From Opitutales bacterium (lineage in GTDB: Bacteria; Verrucomicrobiota; Verrucomicrobiia; Opitutales; UBA953): a stretch of 58,759 nt of DNA. Position 1 is the stretch's first letter; each line of letters opens with the position of its first letter. The notes below the pieces were generated by a model, which did not search any database, had not been told where the DNA came from, and was given only the letters and a program-made list of their open reading frames with translations. The position numbers and the translations under genes are program-made. Positions 18,103 to 27,792 of the stretch are shown in pieces. Location: contig JBBAUX010000001.1 in NCBI GenBank assembly GCA_040398005.1, positions 104,631 to 163,389 on the forward strand. Direction: 5' to 3'.

Positions 18103-19173
18103 TTACGCGATGGTAACTTCTTTGCTGAGGTAAACGTCCTGAATGGTGTGCAGGAGTTTAGCGCCTTCGCTGATGTCGCGTTGGAAAGCTTTGCGACCCG
18201 AGATGAGACCTTGGCCACCGGCACGTTTGTTGATGACGGCCGTTTTAACGGCTTCAGCGAAGTCGTTGCTACCGGAAGGACCGCCGGAGTTAATGAGACC
18301 GATGCGACCCATGTAGCAATTAGCGACTTGGTAGCGGGTGAGGTCGATTGGGTGATCGGAGCACAAGTCAGTGTACATACGCTTGTCGATTTTACCGTAC
18401 GAAGATTCGGTCTGTTGGATGGCGAGGTAGCCACCGTTGTTTTCAGGAAGCTTTTGCTTGATGATGTCGGCACAGATGGTGACGCCGAGGTGATTGGCTT
18501 GGCCAGAAAGGTCAGCCGATACGTGGTAGTCTTTATCTTTCTTAAAGGCGCTATTGCGAGTGTAGCACCAGAGAACGGTGGCCATTCCTTGTTCGTGAGC
18601 CATTTGGAAAGCTTGCGATACTTCGATGATTTGGCGGTTGGTTTCAGGTGAACCGAAATAGATGGTCGCACCGACAGCGGCGCAGCCCATGTCCGCGGCT
18701 TGCTTGATGGTTCCGTACATCACTTGGTCGCCGATGTTAGGGTAGGTGAGTAATTGATTATGGTTAATCTTAACCATGAAAGGAATTTTGTGAGCGTAGC
18801 GACGAGAGACGCTGCTGAGTACACCGAAAGTCGAACAGACGGCGTTACAGCCACCTTCGATGGCGAGCTTCACGATATTTTCACCGTCGAAGTAAATAGG
18901 GTTCTTCGCGAAGGAAGCACCGGCGGAGTGTTCGATGCCTTGGTCAACCGGGAGAATGGAAACGTAACCCGTGTTAGCGAGGCGACCAGAACCGTAGAGG
19001 CGTTGGAGGTTGGCGAGAACACGGTTGCTGCGATCGGAGGCGCTGAACGCGTGCTCAACCCAATCAGCACGAGGCAGGTGGATTTGCTCTTTTTTAATTT
19101 TCGGTGAATTGAAGCCCAGGAGGGACTCCGAATCGGTACCGAGAAGTTTTTGGATTTCGCTGTATTGGCTCAT
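18103..19173 (-). CDS. fbaB: Class I fructose-bisphosphate aldolase (DhnA/FbaB type)
   Basis: [39 protein letters not shown]. Confidence 0.95.
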   Translation of the reverse strand: MSQYSEIQKLLGTDSESLLGFNSPKIKKEQIHLPRADWVEHAFSASDRSNRVLANLQRLYGSGRLANTGYVSILPVDQGIEHSAGASFAKNPIYFDGENIVKLAIEGGCNAVCSTFGVLSSVSRRYAHKIPFMVKINHNQLLTYPNIGDQVMYGTIKQAADMGCAAVGATIYFGSPETNRQIIEVSQAFQMAHEQGMATVLWCYTRNSAFKKDKDYHVSADLSGQANHLGVTICADIIKQKLPENNGGYLAIQQTESSYGKIDKRMYTDLCSDHPIDLTRYQVANCYMGRIGLINSGGPSGSNDFAEAVKTAVINKRAGGQGLISGRKAFQRDISEGAKLLHTIQDVYLSKEVTIA

Positions 19174-19311
19174 GGTAAAAAGTGTGCTTAAAGTTTGGGC
19201 AGACCCTCTACAAAAGGGCGATTCATGCCGTAGTCTTCAAGCCATAATTTAAAAACCCTCATAAAATGTCACCAGGCAGCACCTCGGTGAACCTTTTTAA
19301 GCGTTTCTTGA

Positions 19312-21171
19312 CTAAATTTGCCAATCTTCGCCGGACGCGGAAGCGGGTCGGGCCAATCCAGGATGTGGAGCTATGACAATACGGAGAACGGCTTCAGATT
19401 CACCGGTAAGAGCTCGTGCGCGTTTGACGGCCTTGGCTAAAGCTGCGGTCGGATTCGATTCATCCCAAGGAATAAAATTATCTGCACCCACCGAGGTAAT
19501 TAAATCGGCGTTCACGAAAATCTGTAAGGTGTCGGGTTTTAATTCACACAGAATCAAATGTCGATTTCCGGATTTAAGCGTTTCGGCTAAATCACGAAGT
19601 AATAAAACGCCATTGGCATCGAGGTGGTGGGCTTCGCGGAATTTTAGAATAAGGACTTTAAGATTCGGATCAGCGGAAGCCCGGCGGAGGTGTTCGTGAA
19701 AAGCCTGCGTGGCGCCGAAATGCAAACTGCCTTCAACGTGCAGAATAGAAATACCGGTGGATGATTTACCGGGGGCGCGCTTTTTGATTTCACCGGTTTC
19801 CGAAAAATCGTATTCCACGATATCGGGCTGAGAGGTCTGACGAAGATAAAAGGCAATGGCCACGGCCGTGCCGAAGAAGATGGCGACATCGAGTGGCGCC
19901 AGCAAGGCGGTTAAAAAGGTGACGATAAAGACGACCCGATCTTGCGTACCTGATTTTAATATTAATTTTATTGCGGAAAAATTAACTAATTCAATTTCTA
20001 CTAAAATGACTAACATCGACAAACAGGCGAGCGGTACGAGGGCCACCCACTTACTCATAAAATAGGCGAAGGCTAAAATAATAGTGCCACAAAATAAAGA
20101 TGCGTAGGCAGTTTTGGCGCCACTCGATACATTGAGTGCGGAGCGACTGATGGAACCTGACGCCGCCATGCCACCCGAAAAGGCGCAGGCAAGATTGGCC
20201 ATGCTGAGGCCGAATATTTCTTGATGTAAATCGGAGGGGCGACCGGTTTTTAAGGCTGAAGCTCGGGCATTTGCGGTACCTTCAATGATGATTAAAATAG
20301 CGAGTGCGAGAGCGGGTGAAAAGAGTGCGGAAAGTTTTGCCGCTGAGAAATCGGGCAAGTAAATGGCCTTATCAGAATGAGCGGCATCGCCCACGTAACG
20401 GGTAATTTCGCGGCTACTTCCTTGGGCCAGAGTGACGTTTTGCACAATGATGGCACCAAAGGTTGCTACTGTAACGGCACCGAGAATCGCTTTACCCGTC
20501 CCAAAAGGCTTTTTCAAAATGTAGAAGGTAATACCAGTGACGACGGCTAAACCGAGTCCAGGATTTAAGAGGACTTTGCCGGATTTTAAGATCTGCCAAA
20601 TGACTTCAACGAGGTTGAGTCCGGCTAGTTCATCAGGCAGGCCGACGGTGTAAGGTAGTTGTAATGCGATTACGCGAAGCGCGGCGGCTGCGATGTAGGC
20701 AAAAATAACCGTTCGCGGAACGAAGTCAGCAAACCCACTTAAACGTAACCAAGAAGCGAGGAGTAAGAAAACACCGGTCATTAAAACCAGTGTCGGCAAA
20801 ACTTCGGCGCGTAAATCGGGGGAGATGGCTCCGAGGCTGGCAAAGGTACCTAAGAGTAAAGCAGCGGAAGCATTCGTTGGTCCCGCCGATAAATTAGAAG
20901 ATCCCGTAAAGATTGGGACGACGAAGGCAGCCACGCCACAGCCGACTAATCCGCACCAGACGGGTAGGCCTGCTTTCATCGCAAAGGCCATCGACATTGG
21001 AAAGGCGAGGATGGCGACGTTAATGCCTGCTAGAAAATCTGCTTTTAGATTAGATTGAGTGACGCTGCGGGCCACATTACGAATCGCAAAAAATTCTGGG
21101 CGTGGGTGTGCTTTAATTTGTCGCCATAGATTTGCTACAAAAGCAGAGAACTGGTTGAGAGCAGAGAGCAC
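19312..21171 (-). CDS. SulP/SLC26 family anion transporter with STAS domain
   Basis: ADFLAGINVAILAFPMSMAFA, GPTNA, SGSISRSALN, C-terminal STAS (VEGSLHFGA...DANG). Confidence 0.92.
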   Translation of the reverse strand: MLSALNQFSAFVANLWRQIKAHPRPEFFAIRNVARSVTQSNLKADFLAGINVAILAFPMSMAFAMKAGLPVWCGLVGCGVAAFVVPIFTGSSNLSAGPTNASAALLLGTFASLGAISPDLRAEVLPTLVLMTGVFLLLASWLRLSGFADFVPRTVIFAYIAAAALRVIALQLPYTVGLPDELAGLNLVEVIWQILKSGKVLLNPGLGLAVVTGITFYILKKPFGTGKAILGAVTVATFGAIIVQNVTLAQGSSREITRYVGDAAHSDKAIYLPDFSAAKLSALFSPALALAILIIIEGTANARASALKTGRPSDLHQEIFGLSMANLACAFSGGMAASGSISRSALNVSSGAKTAYASLFCGTIILAFAYFMSKWVALVPLACLSMLVILVEIELVNFSAIKLILKSGTQDRVVFIVTFLTALLAPLDVAIFFGTAVAIAFYLRQTSQPDIVEYDFSETGEIKKRAPGKSSTGISILHVEGSLHFGATQAFHEHLRRASADPNLKVLILKFREAHHLDANGVLLLRDLAETLKSGNRHLILCELKPDTLQIFVNADLITSVGADNFIPWDESNPTAALAKAVKRARALTGESEAVLRIVIAPHPGLARPASASGEDWQI

Positions 21172-21223
21172 GACATAGGTTTTGACCTTCTAAGGTGAAG
21201 CCTTCAATCGCTTTCTCGAAAAA

Positions 21224-21688
21224 TTACTCGAAAGACTCGTTATCAATCTGATCGATGAGCGAGGACTGCAAAAGGCCAAAACAACTATAGCAGGCGAGAG
21301 CATGCCTTTTTTCGCTGGGCAGGCTTTCGTCGTCCAAATCTTCTAATTCCTCTAACTGGCTATTCGGAATATCGGAAAGTACTAAATCCTTTAAGGCAAA
21401 ACGAACGGCTGAAAGGGCACGAAGGAAGGCGAGGGCCTGCGCTTTATTACGAAGGACGATGATCGCGGGTTCGCCCTTGGCGGAGGCGAAGGCGGTCGCG
21501 AGGAGACGAGCTTCCTCACCGGCTTGGGCAGATAAAGTTTCAGCCCAGTAGGTGGCAATTTCGGGATCGAGGTTAGGTATCTGGGCACGATTAACGGACA
21601 CGCGTGCCGCCGCCGGGGCGATGAGTCTTAGTAAGTCAGAAAGCACATTACGTGCTTCAGCCGTCATCGAGAGGCGGAGTTCAGGCAT
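21224..21688 (-). CDS. Hypothetical protein downstream of clpS (DUF2017-like position and size)
   Basis: ATG 21688 overlaps the clpS stop; LRALSAVRFAL motif; helical. Confidence 0.6.
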   Translation of the reverse strand: MPELRLSMTAEARNVLSDLLRLIAPAAARVSVNRAQIPNLDPEIATYWAETLSAQAGEEARLLATAFASAKGEPAIIVLRNKAQALAFLRALSAVRFALKDLVLSDIPNSQLEELEDLDDESLPSEKRHALACYSCFGLLQSSLIDQIDNESFE

Positions 21689-21968
21689 CTTTTTCGAGTT
21701 GGGCTTGGAGGTGCCACTGTTGTAATTCAAGGGCCACCATTTCAGCTGGCTCGCGATCACCGCTCCAAACAATGGCGCGCCCGTCGTTGTGCACAGCCAT
21801 CATTAATTTTTGGGCGACGGTGCGGTCGACCCGCAAGACGGTCATAAAAGCAAGAATGACGTACTGTTGATAGTTGATGGGGTCATTAATCACTAAAACG
21901 TTCCAACGCGTATCTAATTTCGGAACCGTTTCGGTTTTAATGTTGGGCTGAATTTTTGTCTTGGCCAT
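21681..21968 (-). CDS. clpS: ATP-dependent Clp protease adaptor
   Basis: WNVLVINDPIN...AQKLMMAVHNDGRAIVWSGDREPAE. Confidence 0.9.
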   Translation of the reverse strand: MAKTKIQPNIKTETVPKLDTRWNVLVINDPINYQQYVILAFMTVLRVDRTVAQKLMMAVHNDGRAIVWSGDREPAEMVALELQQWHLQAQLEKDA

Positions 21969-24144
21969 GTGGTACGAGCACTCTGGAGAGGTTAAGCGAA
22001 TGTTCGAGTCGGCGCAAGCCGTCGCTGAGTTTTTTGCCGTAATCTTTTGCCCGTGGCCCGTGCGGACTTTGTTCTAATTCCCCTGCAAAATGAGCGAGGG
22101 TGGGGCAGGACATGAGGGCTAACATTCCCTTTAAATTATGGCATTCTTTGCTAATATATTCGGGGTCAGCCCCTTGCATTACCTGCTCAAATTGACAGAT
22201 CAGGGATTGGCTATGACGAAGAAAGATACGCCCGGCACACTTCAAGTCTTCGATTTCTTCTTCATCGGAGTCAAGCAGTGCCGTATGGAATTCATCGAGA
22301 GGAATTTGAGAATCGGTTCCGATAAATAGTTGATTAATCTTCGTGATTAGATCGGCACCGCGAATGGGTTTTTGAAAATAATCGTCTAAGCCGATCTCCT
22401 TAAGTTCACGGCTATTCTGGTCCGAGTAATTCATACCGGTGAGCGCGACTAATTTAGTGGGGCGACGCTGAAATTGAATTTCTTCCCGGCGAATACTTTT
22501 TACTAAACTCATTCCATCTAAAACGGGCATTTGTAAATCAATCAGGACAAGATCAAAATTTTTGCTCTGCCATAATTCCAGTGCGGCTTGCCCATCCACG
22601 GTCGCCGTGACTTCGTGACCAGCGCTTTTAAGTCGTCGACACGTCACTTCCCGATTCACTTCATTGTCCTCCGCTAAGAGTATTTTTAAGACACGTTTTA
22701 AAGTGTTTTCCTGGTTGTTGGAATTAAAGGCATGGGTCTGATGAGAGGGCAGACCGAAGTAATTATTTAAGGCCGTTAACGTTAATGGTTTGGGTATTTG
22801 TTTGATGCCGCGGAGGTGTAAATCGCGGTCCGCAATCAGGATGATTTTATCTAAGGGAATGAGGCTGAGGTTGGGGGCGGTGTCTTGAGGTAAATCAACA
22901 ATCACATGCGTGAAGGGTTCGGGTTGGTTGACGCATTGATCCCAAAGTTCTTCGGCTTCTTGATTGCTCGAAGCTAGTATAACTTTGGCCTTACACGTGG
23001 TTAAATAATCGATGAGCCAATTTTGAACGTCGGCATGTCCACCGAGCAGAAGAATTTTACTACCCGTTAAATCGCTTCGATAATCGAATTCGCACTGCGG
23101 ATTAGCATCGAGTTTAATCGTCGCGATAAACTGACTGCCTTGATCAATTGCGCTGTTCACTTCGATAGATCCGTCCATCGCTTTGGCTAAATCCCTCACG
23201 ATACTGAGGCCTAGTCCGTGTCCGCCAAATCGTCTCGCCGTCGAATCTTCAGCCTGGGTGAAGGGTTCGAAAATCTTGCGGCACTGTTCGGGCGATATTC
23301 CTATACCGGAGTCCTGGACGGTGATACTTACTAAATAATGAGAATCCTGCGCTTTAAAATCGAGGGTGCAGTGAACAAAGCCTTTCTCGGTAAACTTAAT
23401 CGCATTGCTGAGTAGGTTAATAATGAGGCGTCGAAATTTCATCGAATCGCCCATGACGCTGCGGGGAGAATGGGGGCAGGCGAGGGCCACCAGTTCGATA
23501 TTTTTACGCTGGGTGGAGGGGTAATTGAGCGTGACGATTTCTTCGAATACTTCGACGGGGTCGAAAGGGATTTTTTCTAAAACCACTCCACCTATTTCGT
23601 AACTGGAAAAATCGAGAACGTCTTGGACTAAGTTTTTTAATTCGTAGGTGTAATGAAAAACTTTTTGCAGAGTGTGATTTTTTTCTTCGGTTTTAGATTC
23701 TAAATTTATTTCACAAAGCCCATGAATCATGCTCAGCGAATTACGAATCTCATGACAGATATTGGCGATAAAAAGTGATTTTTGTTTAAGGCCTAGTTGT
23801 GCTTTTTTTAACGACTCACCGAGGGCGTTGGATGAGGATGATTCGCCATCAGTTTTGACGAATAACCAAAGTTGTTTGGGGTAGGTTTCATCGTGCTTAA
23901 TCACTATATCCAGAAAACATTGATGTGCTTTAAGTATTCCACTTTGGGTTTCAATCATGCCCGACCAGTGCGGGGTGAGTTCAGGACTGAATTGCAGGAA
24001 AATAGTTTTTAAAGATTCACCTTCGGCTGGTGGCTTAATGAAGAGGTTTTTGAACGAGTGACTGGCGTATAAAATCAACCCCGCCCTACTGAAGATCATG
24101 AACGGCCAGGGTAGCAGTTGCGGGAGTGAGTTTAATACTGCCAT
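21937..24144 (-). CDS. Soluble hybrid sensor histidine kinase (PAS-like, HisKA, HATPase, degenerate REC, REC, Hpt)
   Basis: HEIRN H-box, NLLSNAIKFT, DSGIGI, GGHGLGLSI, AEDN..DLQMP..KP, CHNLKG; start ATG 24144 chosen to avoid overlap with the divergent gene. Confidence 0.9.
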   Translation of the reverse strand: MAVLNSLPQLLPWPFMIFSRAGLILYASHSFKNLFIKPPAEGESLKTIFLQFSPELTPHWSGMIETQSGILKAHQCFLDIVIKHDETYPKQLWLFVKTDGESSSSNALGESLKKAQLGLKQKSLFIANICHEIRNSLSMIHGLCEINLESKTEEKNHTLQKVFHYTYELKNLVQDVLDFSSYEIGGVVLEKIPFDPVEVFEEIVTLNYPSTQRKNIELVALACPHSPRSVMGDSMKFRRLIINLLSNAIKFTEKGFVHCTLDFKAQDSHYLVSITVQDSGIGISPEQCRKIFEPFTQAEDSTARRFGGHGLGLSIVRDLAKAMDGSIEVNSAIDQGSQFIATIKLDANPQCEFDYRSDLTGSKILLLGGHADVQNWLIDYLTTCKAKVILASSNQEAEELWDQCVNQPEPFTHVIVDLPQDTAPNLSLIPLDKIILIADRDLHLRGIKQIPKPLTLTALNNYFGLPSHQTHAFNSNNQENTLKRVLKILLAEDNEVNREVTCRRLKSAGHEVTATVDGQAALELWQSKNFDLVLIDLQMPVLDGMSLVKSIRREEIQFQRRPTKLVALTGMNYSDQNSRELKEIGLDDYFQKPIRGADLITKINQLFIGTDSQIPLDEFHTALLDSDEEEIEDLKCAGRIFLRHSQSLICQFEQVMQGADPEYISKECHNLKGMLALMSCPTLAHFAGELEQSPHGPRAKDYGKKLSDGLRRLEHSLNLSRVLVPHGQDKNSAQH

Positions 24145-24270
24145 AGCTTTAACCCTAAACTCTAATGCGGTTTTAGTATAAATAAAATCTACTAGGGTCT
24201 TTTCTCTAGTGAAAACCTTCGCCGGAACATTGAGATGGATTACCCAGACAAATCTGTCTAAAAATAGGCT

Positions 24271-24621
24271 ATGAAATTCGAGCATCACCATCAGCCCATA
24301 GCTCCTCGTCATGTGTTTCTTCGGCGCTTAGTAGGTTTTATCGGTTATGCGCTCATTTTCCTTAGCGTATCGCTTTCACTCGGAGTCTTGGGTTATCATT
24401 ACATCTGTGGTCTCTCCTGGGTGGATGCCTTATTAGATGCCAGTATGATTTTAGCGGGGATGGGTCCAGTTTCTGCTATTTCTAATGATGCTGGAAAATA
24501 TTTTGCATCCGCCTATGCTATTTTTAGCGGCGTCGCTTTTCTTACAACTTTCTCGATCATCATCGCGCCTGTTTTACACCGCATCATGCACCGCCTGCAT
24601 TTGAACGAAGGTAAAAACTAA
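24271..24621 (+). CDS. Small two-TM protein resembling an isolated ion-channel pore domain
   Basis: TM - WVDALLDASMILAGMGP - TM layout. Confidence 0.65.
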   Translation: MKFEHHHQPIAPRHVFLRRLVGFIGYALIFLSVSLSLGVLGYHYICGLSWVDALLDASMILAGMGPVSAISNDAGKYFASAYAIFSGVAFLTTFSIIIAPVLHRIMHRLHLNEGKN

Positions 24622-24983
24622 GGACGCTTCTGTTGGCTTAATTTTACTTTCGCCTTAAGCAGTCGCTTTAAGTGTTCAGTTGGAATCTTCTGATCGAATT
24701 GAATCTGAAAAGTACCTTTGCCGGTGGGATAGCCTGCTGCCTCTAATTTCTCACGTTCCGTTTCGGTCATGACATCGGCGCCGACACCTACCGATACATG
24801 TTTCTTAAGAACGGATAAGCCGACGACTTCGCCATCTAAATGATAGAAGGGAACGTTATACCAAATCTTCTCTTCACACTTGGGTAGAGTTTCTTTGATT
24901 AACTGACGCAACTTTTGAAGGATCGGCTGAGCCTCTTTAACTGCGTTAGCGATGTACGCGTCTACGTTCTCAAATTTTTTCAC
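24618..24983 (-). CDS. DUF1801 (YdhG-like) protein
   Basis: VDAYIA...LQKLRQLIKETLPKCEEKIWYNVPFY...GKGTFQ. Confidence 0.85.
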   Translation of the reverse strand: MKKFENVDAYIANAVKEAQPILQKLRQLIKETLPKCEEKIWYNVPFYHLDGEVVGLSVLKKHVSVGVGADVMTETEREKLEAAGYPTGKGTFQIQFDQKIPTEHLKRLLKAKVKLSQQKRP

Positions 24984-25684
24984 AGCTCTGACCTTGGTAA
25001 GAAATTAATATCCATATAATATTTCTTATAATTCTTTGAATCTACTAGTACATCTATGGTTTTATTAGAAACAAACCTTTCTGGATTATACCAAATATTT
25101 TCACTTTTAAAGATATGCATTGTTTGAGTTTCTGTGTCATGCAACTGGCTTACGATAATGTATGGATGACTTCCGTTAACCGAGTAACTTGTATTTATTT
25201 CTATTTTTTGAAATTCGGAAGAAATCCTTTTTCCGTTCTGTAATAACCATTTTTTCTTCCTATCAAATCTGATTTTAATGACTGGGAATATTACACCCAT
25301 AAAGCTGAATAGGGTGCCCATCATACCAAGGATTAAAACCGTTAACCAATTCGACATAAAATCATTTATTTTCGCGGAAGTTGGATTTGTCGGATTGTAA
25401 TTAACTTCTACCGTCTCTCAGACTTGATAAGAGGCAGGATTACTACCAGCTGATGATGTAAAATTAATTACCTGATTTTCAAGTGTGCGGAATTGTACCA
25501 CCGGGTAGTAAGAACTGGAATCGCTAGATTGCTTAAGATCTAAACGGGTAACGGTTCCAGTACTTTTCAGGGACGATTGAAGGAATTGCTGATTACTCCT
25601 GTACACAAAAATCCCTCCGATAAGCATAGCGATACCAACCAAAAAGAAAATGGCACTGACCAGCGGACTAGGATTACCTTTCAT
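24980..25684 (-). pseudogene. DUF3592-like membrane protein interrupted by one in-frame TGA (25418-25420)
   Basis: ORFs 25418-25684 and 24980-25357 share a frame; the read-through is SNPASYQV*ETVEVNYNPTNPTSAKINDFMSNW, matching the family pattern Y.vG..V.V.Y.P..P. Confidence 0.8.
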
Positions 25685-25743
25685 TGTCTTATCGCTTTTG
25701 TTTTTTGGGGGTTACGAAATCGCTTTAACTTTGTCCTCACCAG

Positions 25744-25826
25744 TGCTCAGGAAGGGACTTGAACCCTTAAGCCCGTGAGGGCACTAGAACCTGAATCTAG
25801 CGTGTCTGCCATTCCACCACCTGAGC
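25744..25826 (-). tRNA. tRNA-Leu (CAG), CCA not encoded
   Basis: Minus strand reads gctcaggtggtggaatggcagacacgctagattCAGgttctagtgccctcacgggcttaagggttcaagtcccttcctgagca. Confidence 0.95.
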
Positions 25827-25873
25827 AATCGTTTGGGTATTTGAGCAAAGAATATGGGCGAGGGGTGTCAAGG

Positions 25874-26374
25874 TTAGGGCTTACGCAATGACTTTAACAT
25901 ATAGACGCAGTCGAGTTCTTGGGAAAATTTTTTGCCCACGCCTTGGAGCAGTCCGACCTGTTTAAATCCGACCGACTCATGTAATTGAATACTGGCGCCC
26001 TGTTCTCCAGAAATCCGTGCAATGACCGATTGGTGGCCGAGCTCTTCCGCGAGTTTTAACAATGCCAGTAAGAGCTTTTTACCAATGCCTTGGCGGTGGA
26101 AGTCAGGATCCACAAAAACCGAGTCTTCGACAGTAGCTGCCCAGCCTTGTCGGCTATTGTAGGCAGAGAGTGAGCCCCAGCCGACGACTTTATCTGCGAT
26201 TTCGGCTACAACAACTGGGTGGGCAGGGGATCGTGATTTGATCCAATTCTTACGATTTTCTGAGGTTTCTTCGGTTAAATGCCAGGTGCAGGTGCTATTC
26301 CGGACGTAATAATTATAAATTCGGTTAATTTCGGGGCAATCGGCCAACTTGGCTGGGCGAATTTGGGCAGTCAT
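25874..26374 (-). CDS. GNAT N-acetyltransferase (phosphinothricin/YncA-like)
   Basis: IYNYYVRNST, TVEDSVFVDPDFHRQGIGKKLL, SIQLHESVGF. Confidence 0.9.
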   Translation of the reverse strand: MTAQIRPAKLADCPEINRIYNYYVRNSTCTWHLTEETSENRKNWIKSRSPAHPVVVAEIADKVVGWGSLSAYNSRQGWAATVEDSVFVDPDFHRQGIGKKLLLALLKLAEELGHQSVIARISGEQGASIQLHESVGFKQVGLLQGVGKKFSQELDCVYMLKSLRKP

Positions 26375-26498
26375 GGATGATTAACTTAGCCAAAATGCGA
26401 CCTGCTACAAGTCTAGGAAATCCCGTTGACAGATGGGAGGGGTAAGCGTTTGTTGACCGACCTGCCGTATCACACGACCCTCTTACATATAGAAGACT

Positions 26499-26624
26499 AT
26501 GAAAGTTTCATCCTCACTTAAATCGCTCAAAAAGCGTCACCCCAATTGCCAAGTTGTGCGTCGTAAAGGCCGCATCTACGTGATCAACAAGACCCATCCT
26601 CGCTACAAAGCGCGCCAAGGATAA
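26499..26624 (+). CDS. rpmJ: 50S ribosomal protein L36, type B (Zn-independent); absent from the ORF track
   Basis: Manual translation [41 protein letters not shown]. Confidence 0.96.
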   Translation: MKVSSSLKSLKKRHPNCQVVRRKGRIYVINKTHPRYKARQG

Positions 26625-26646
26625 ACTCACCAAACACCTGATTTAT

Positions 26647-26895
26647 ATGAAGAAAGAAGGCCATCCTGAATACAATCCTGTCGTCTTTATCGACGTTTCA
26701 ACCAATCGCGAATTTCCTACACGTTCGACGATTAAGTCGAAAGAAACCAAAGTAATCGATGGCGTTGAACACTTCGTGATTCGTCGCGAAGTTACCATGG
26801 ATTCACACCCCGCTTACACGGGTGAGAAGCGCTTCGTGGATTCCGCTGGTCGCGTTGAGAAGTTTAATACTAAGTTCAAACGCGCTACTAAGTAA
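26647..26895 (+). CDS. rpmE: 50S ribosomal protein L31, type B
   Basis: MKKEGHPEYNPVVFID...SHPAYTGEKRFVDSAGRVEKFNTKF; no Cys. Confidence 0.95.
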   Translation: MKKEGHPEYNPVVFIDVSTNREFPTRSTIKSKETKVIDGVEHFVIRREVTMDSHPAYTGEKRFVDSAGRVEKFNTKFKRATK

Positions 26896-26915
26896 TTAGA
26901 ATCTTGGATACAAAT

Positions 26916-26951
26916 AAAAGGCCGCCCCGGTATAACTAAGGCGGCCTTTTT
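26916..26951 (+). terminator. Rho-independent terminator
   Basis: aaaaggccgcc...ggcggccttttt. Confidence 0.85.
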
Positions 26952-27201
26952 GTTTTAATATTACTTCAGAGAGTTTGGGTTAAATAAGATTAGCAGATCC
27001 CGTAAAAATCAGAAATTAGGGGAAACAGGGGATTTATTATGATAAATTTTGATAAACCTATAAATCGCATAAAACTAGTGTTTTTATTGCCTAGAATTGT
27101 GAATAACATGGTTAATAAATGTGAGCAAAGTGTGAGTTTGATAGAAATTCAGCAATTTGTGCTTGATTTAAGACTCCGACTGTTAGAAATATATACCCGC
27201 T

Positions 27202-27729
27202 ATGAAGAATATCCTCCCTATCCTCACCCTCACGACCCTCACTGCTGCAGCTTTCGCTGACGCAGGTGCCGCTGCTCCTGCAGCTGCTGCATCCGGTCTC
27301 TCCTACAACCGCGTTGGCGTAACTTACGTCACCAATGGCAATGATCATCCTTATGGTCTCCAAGCCTCCGCGTTCATTGGTTCATCCAATGTACTCGTAA
27401 GCGCTAGTGCTGATCTCACCGCTGCTGGCGATGACTCCGTATCTATTGGTTACGTTTTCAAAAATGTTTTCGCAGGTGCTGACGTAACTGTTGCTGCTGC
27501 TACTGATGACACTTACGGCATCAATGTCCGTCGTGCTCTCGGTGAAGTTCTCGCAGGTCTCGAAGTTGCTGTTGGTTACCAACGCAGCATGGGATCAGAC
27601 AAGAATGACGGTTTCCTCTACGAAGTTTCTTACAACGTAAACAAACAGTACTCCGTTGCTTACGGAATCACAGACCCTCAAGGTTCTGGTTCTAGCGCCA
27701 ACACCGTATCTGTTCGTTATAACTTCTAA
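27202..27729 (+). CDS. Small outer-membrane beta-barrel protein
   Basis: Signal peptide, Ala-rich linker, amphipathic strands, C-terminal VSVRYNF; codon usage like highly expressed genes. Confidence 0.8.
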   Translation: MKNILPILTLTTLTAAAFADAGAAAPAAAASGLSYNRVGVTYVTNGNDHPYGLQASAFIGSSNVLVSASADLTAAGDDSVSIGYVFKNVFAGADVTVAAATDDTYGINVRRALGEVLAGLEVAVGYQRSMGSDKNDGFLYEVSYNVNKQYSVAYGITDPQGSGSSANTVSVRYNF

Positions 27730-27754
27730 TCTTCGGATTAGAAATTAAACACTT

Positions 27755-27781
27755 AAGGGCTCCGGAAACGGAGCCCTTTTT
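27755..27781. terminator. Terminator, preceded by a cUUCGg hairpin at 27724-27743
   Basis: aagggctccg-gaaa-cggagcccttttt; ttctaatc-ttcg-gattagaa. Confidence 0.88.
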
Positions 27782-27792
27782 GTTTGGGGAAT

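Noticed and set aside
18036..18671. Long alternative ORFs (18070-18651 +, 18036-18671 -) over fbaB
   Set aside because: Frame and antisense shadows typical of a strongly codon-biased gene; no recognisable motifs.
24145..24312. N-terminal extension of the hybrid kinase given in the ORF track
   Set aside because: It overlaps the divergent gene at 24271 and spans AT-rich intergenic DNA; ATG 24144 is more plausible.
25418..25420. Selenocysteine or genome-wide UGA recoding
   Set aside because: The position corresponds to Gly, not Cys, and many clear genes here (purD, clpS, actF) end in TGA.
25744..25826. Prophage or integrative element at tRNA-Leu(CAG)
   Set aside because: No integrase and no duplicated tRNA 3' end found; similarity to 3333-3416 is ordinary isoacceptor homology.
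26499..26895. Zur-regulated zinc-sparing ribosomal paralog pair
   Set aside because: Both are type B, but no Zur-like palindrome is visible and they may be the only copies; this cannot be supported from the window.
27098..27106. DnaA box (tgtgaataa) suggesting oriC
   Set aside because: Single box, with no cluster and no dnaA/dnaN context.
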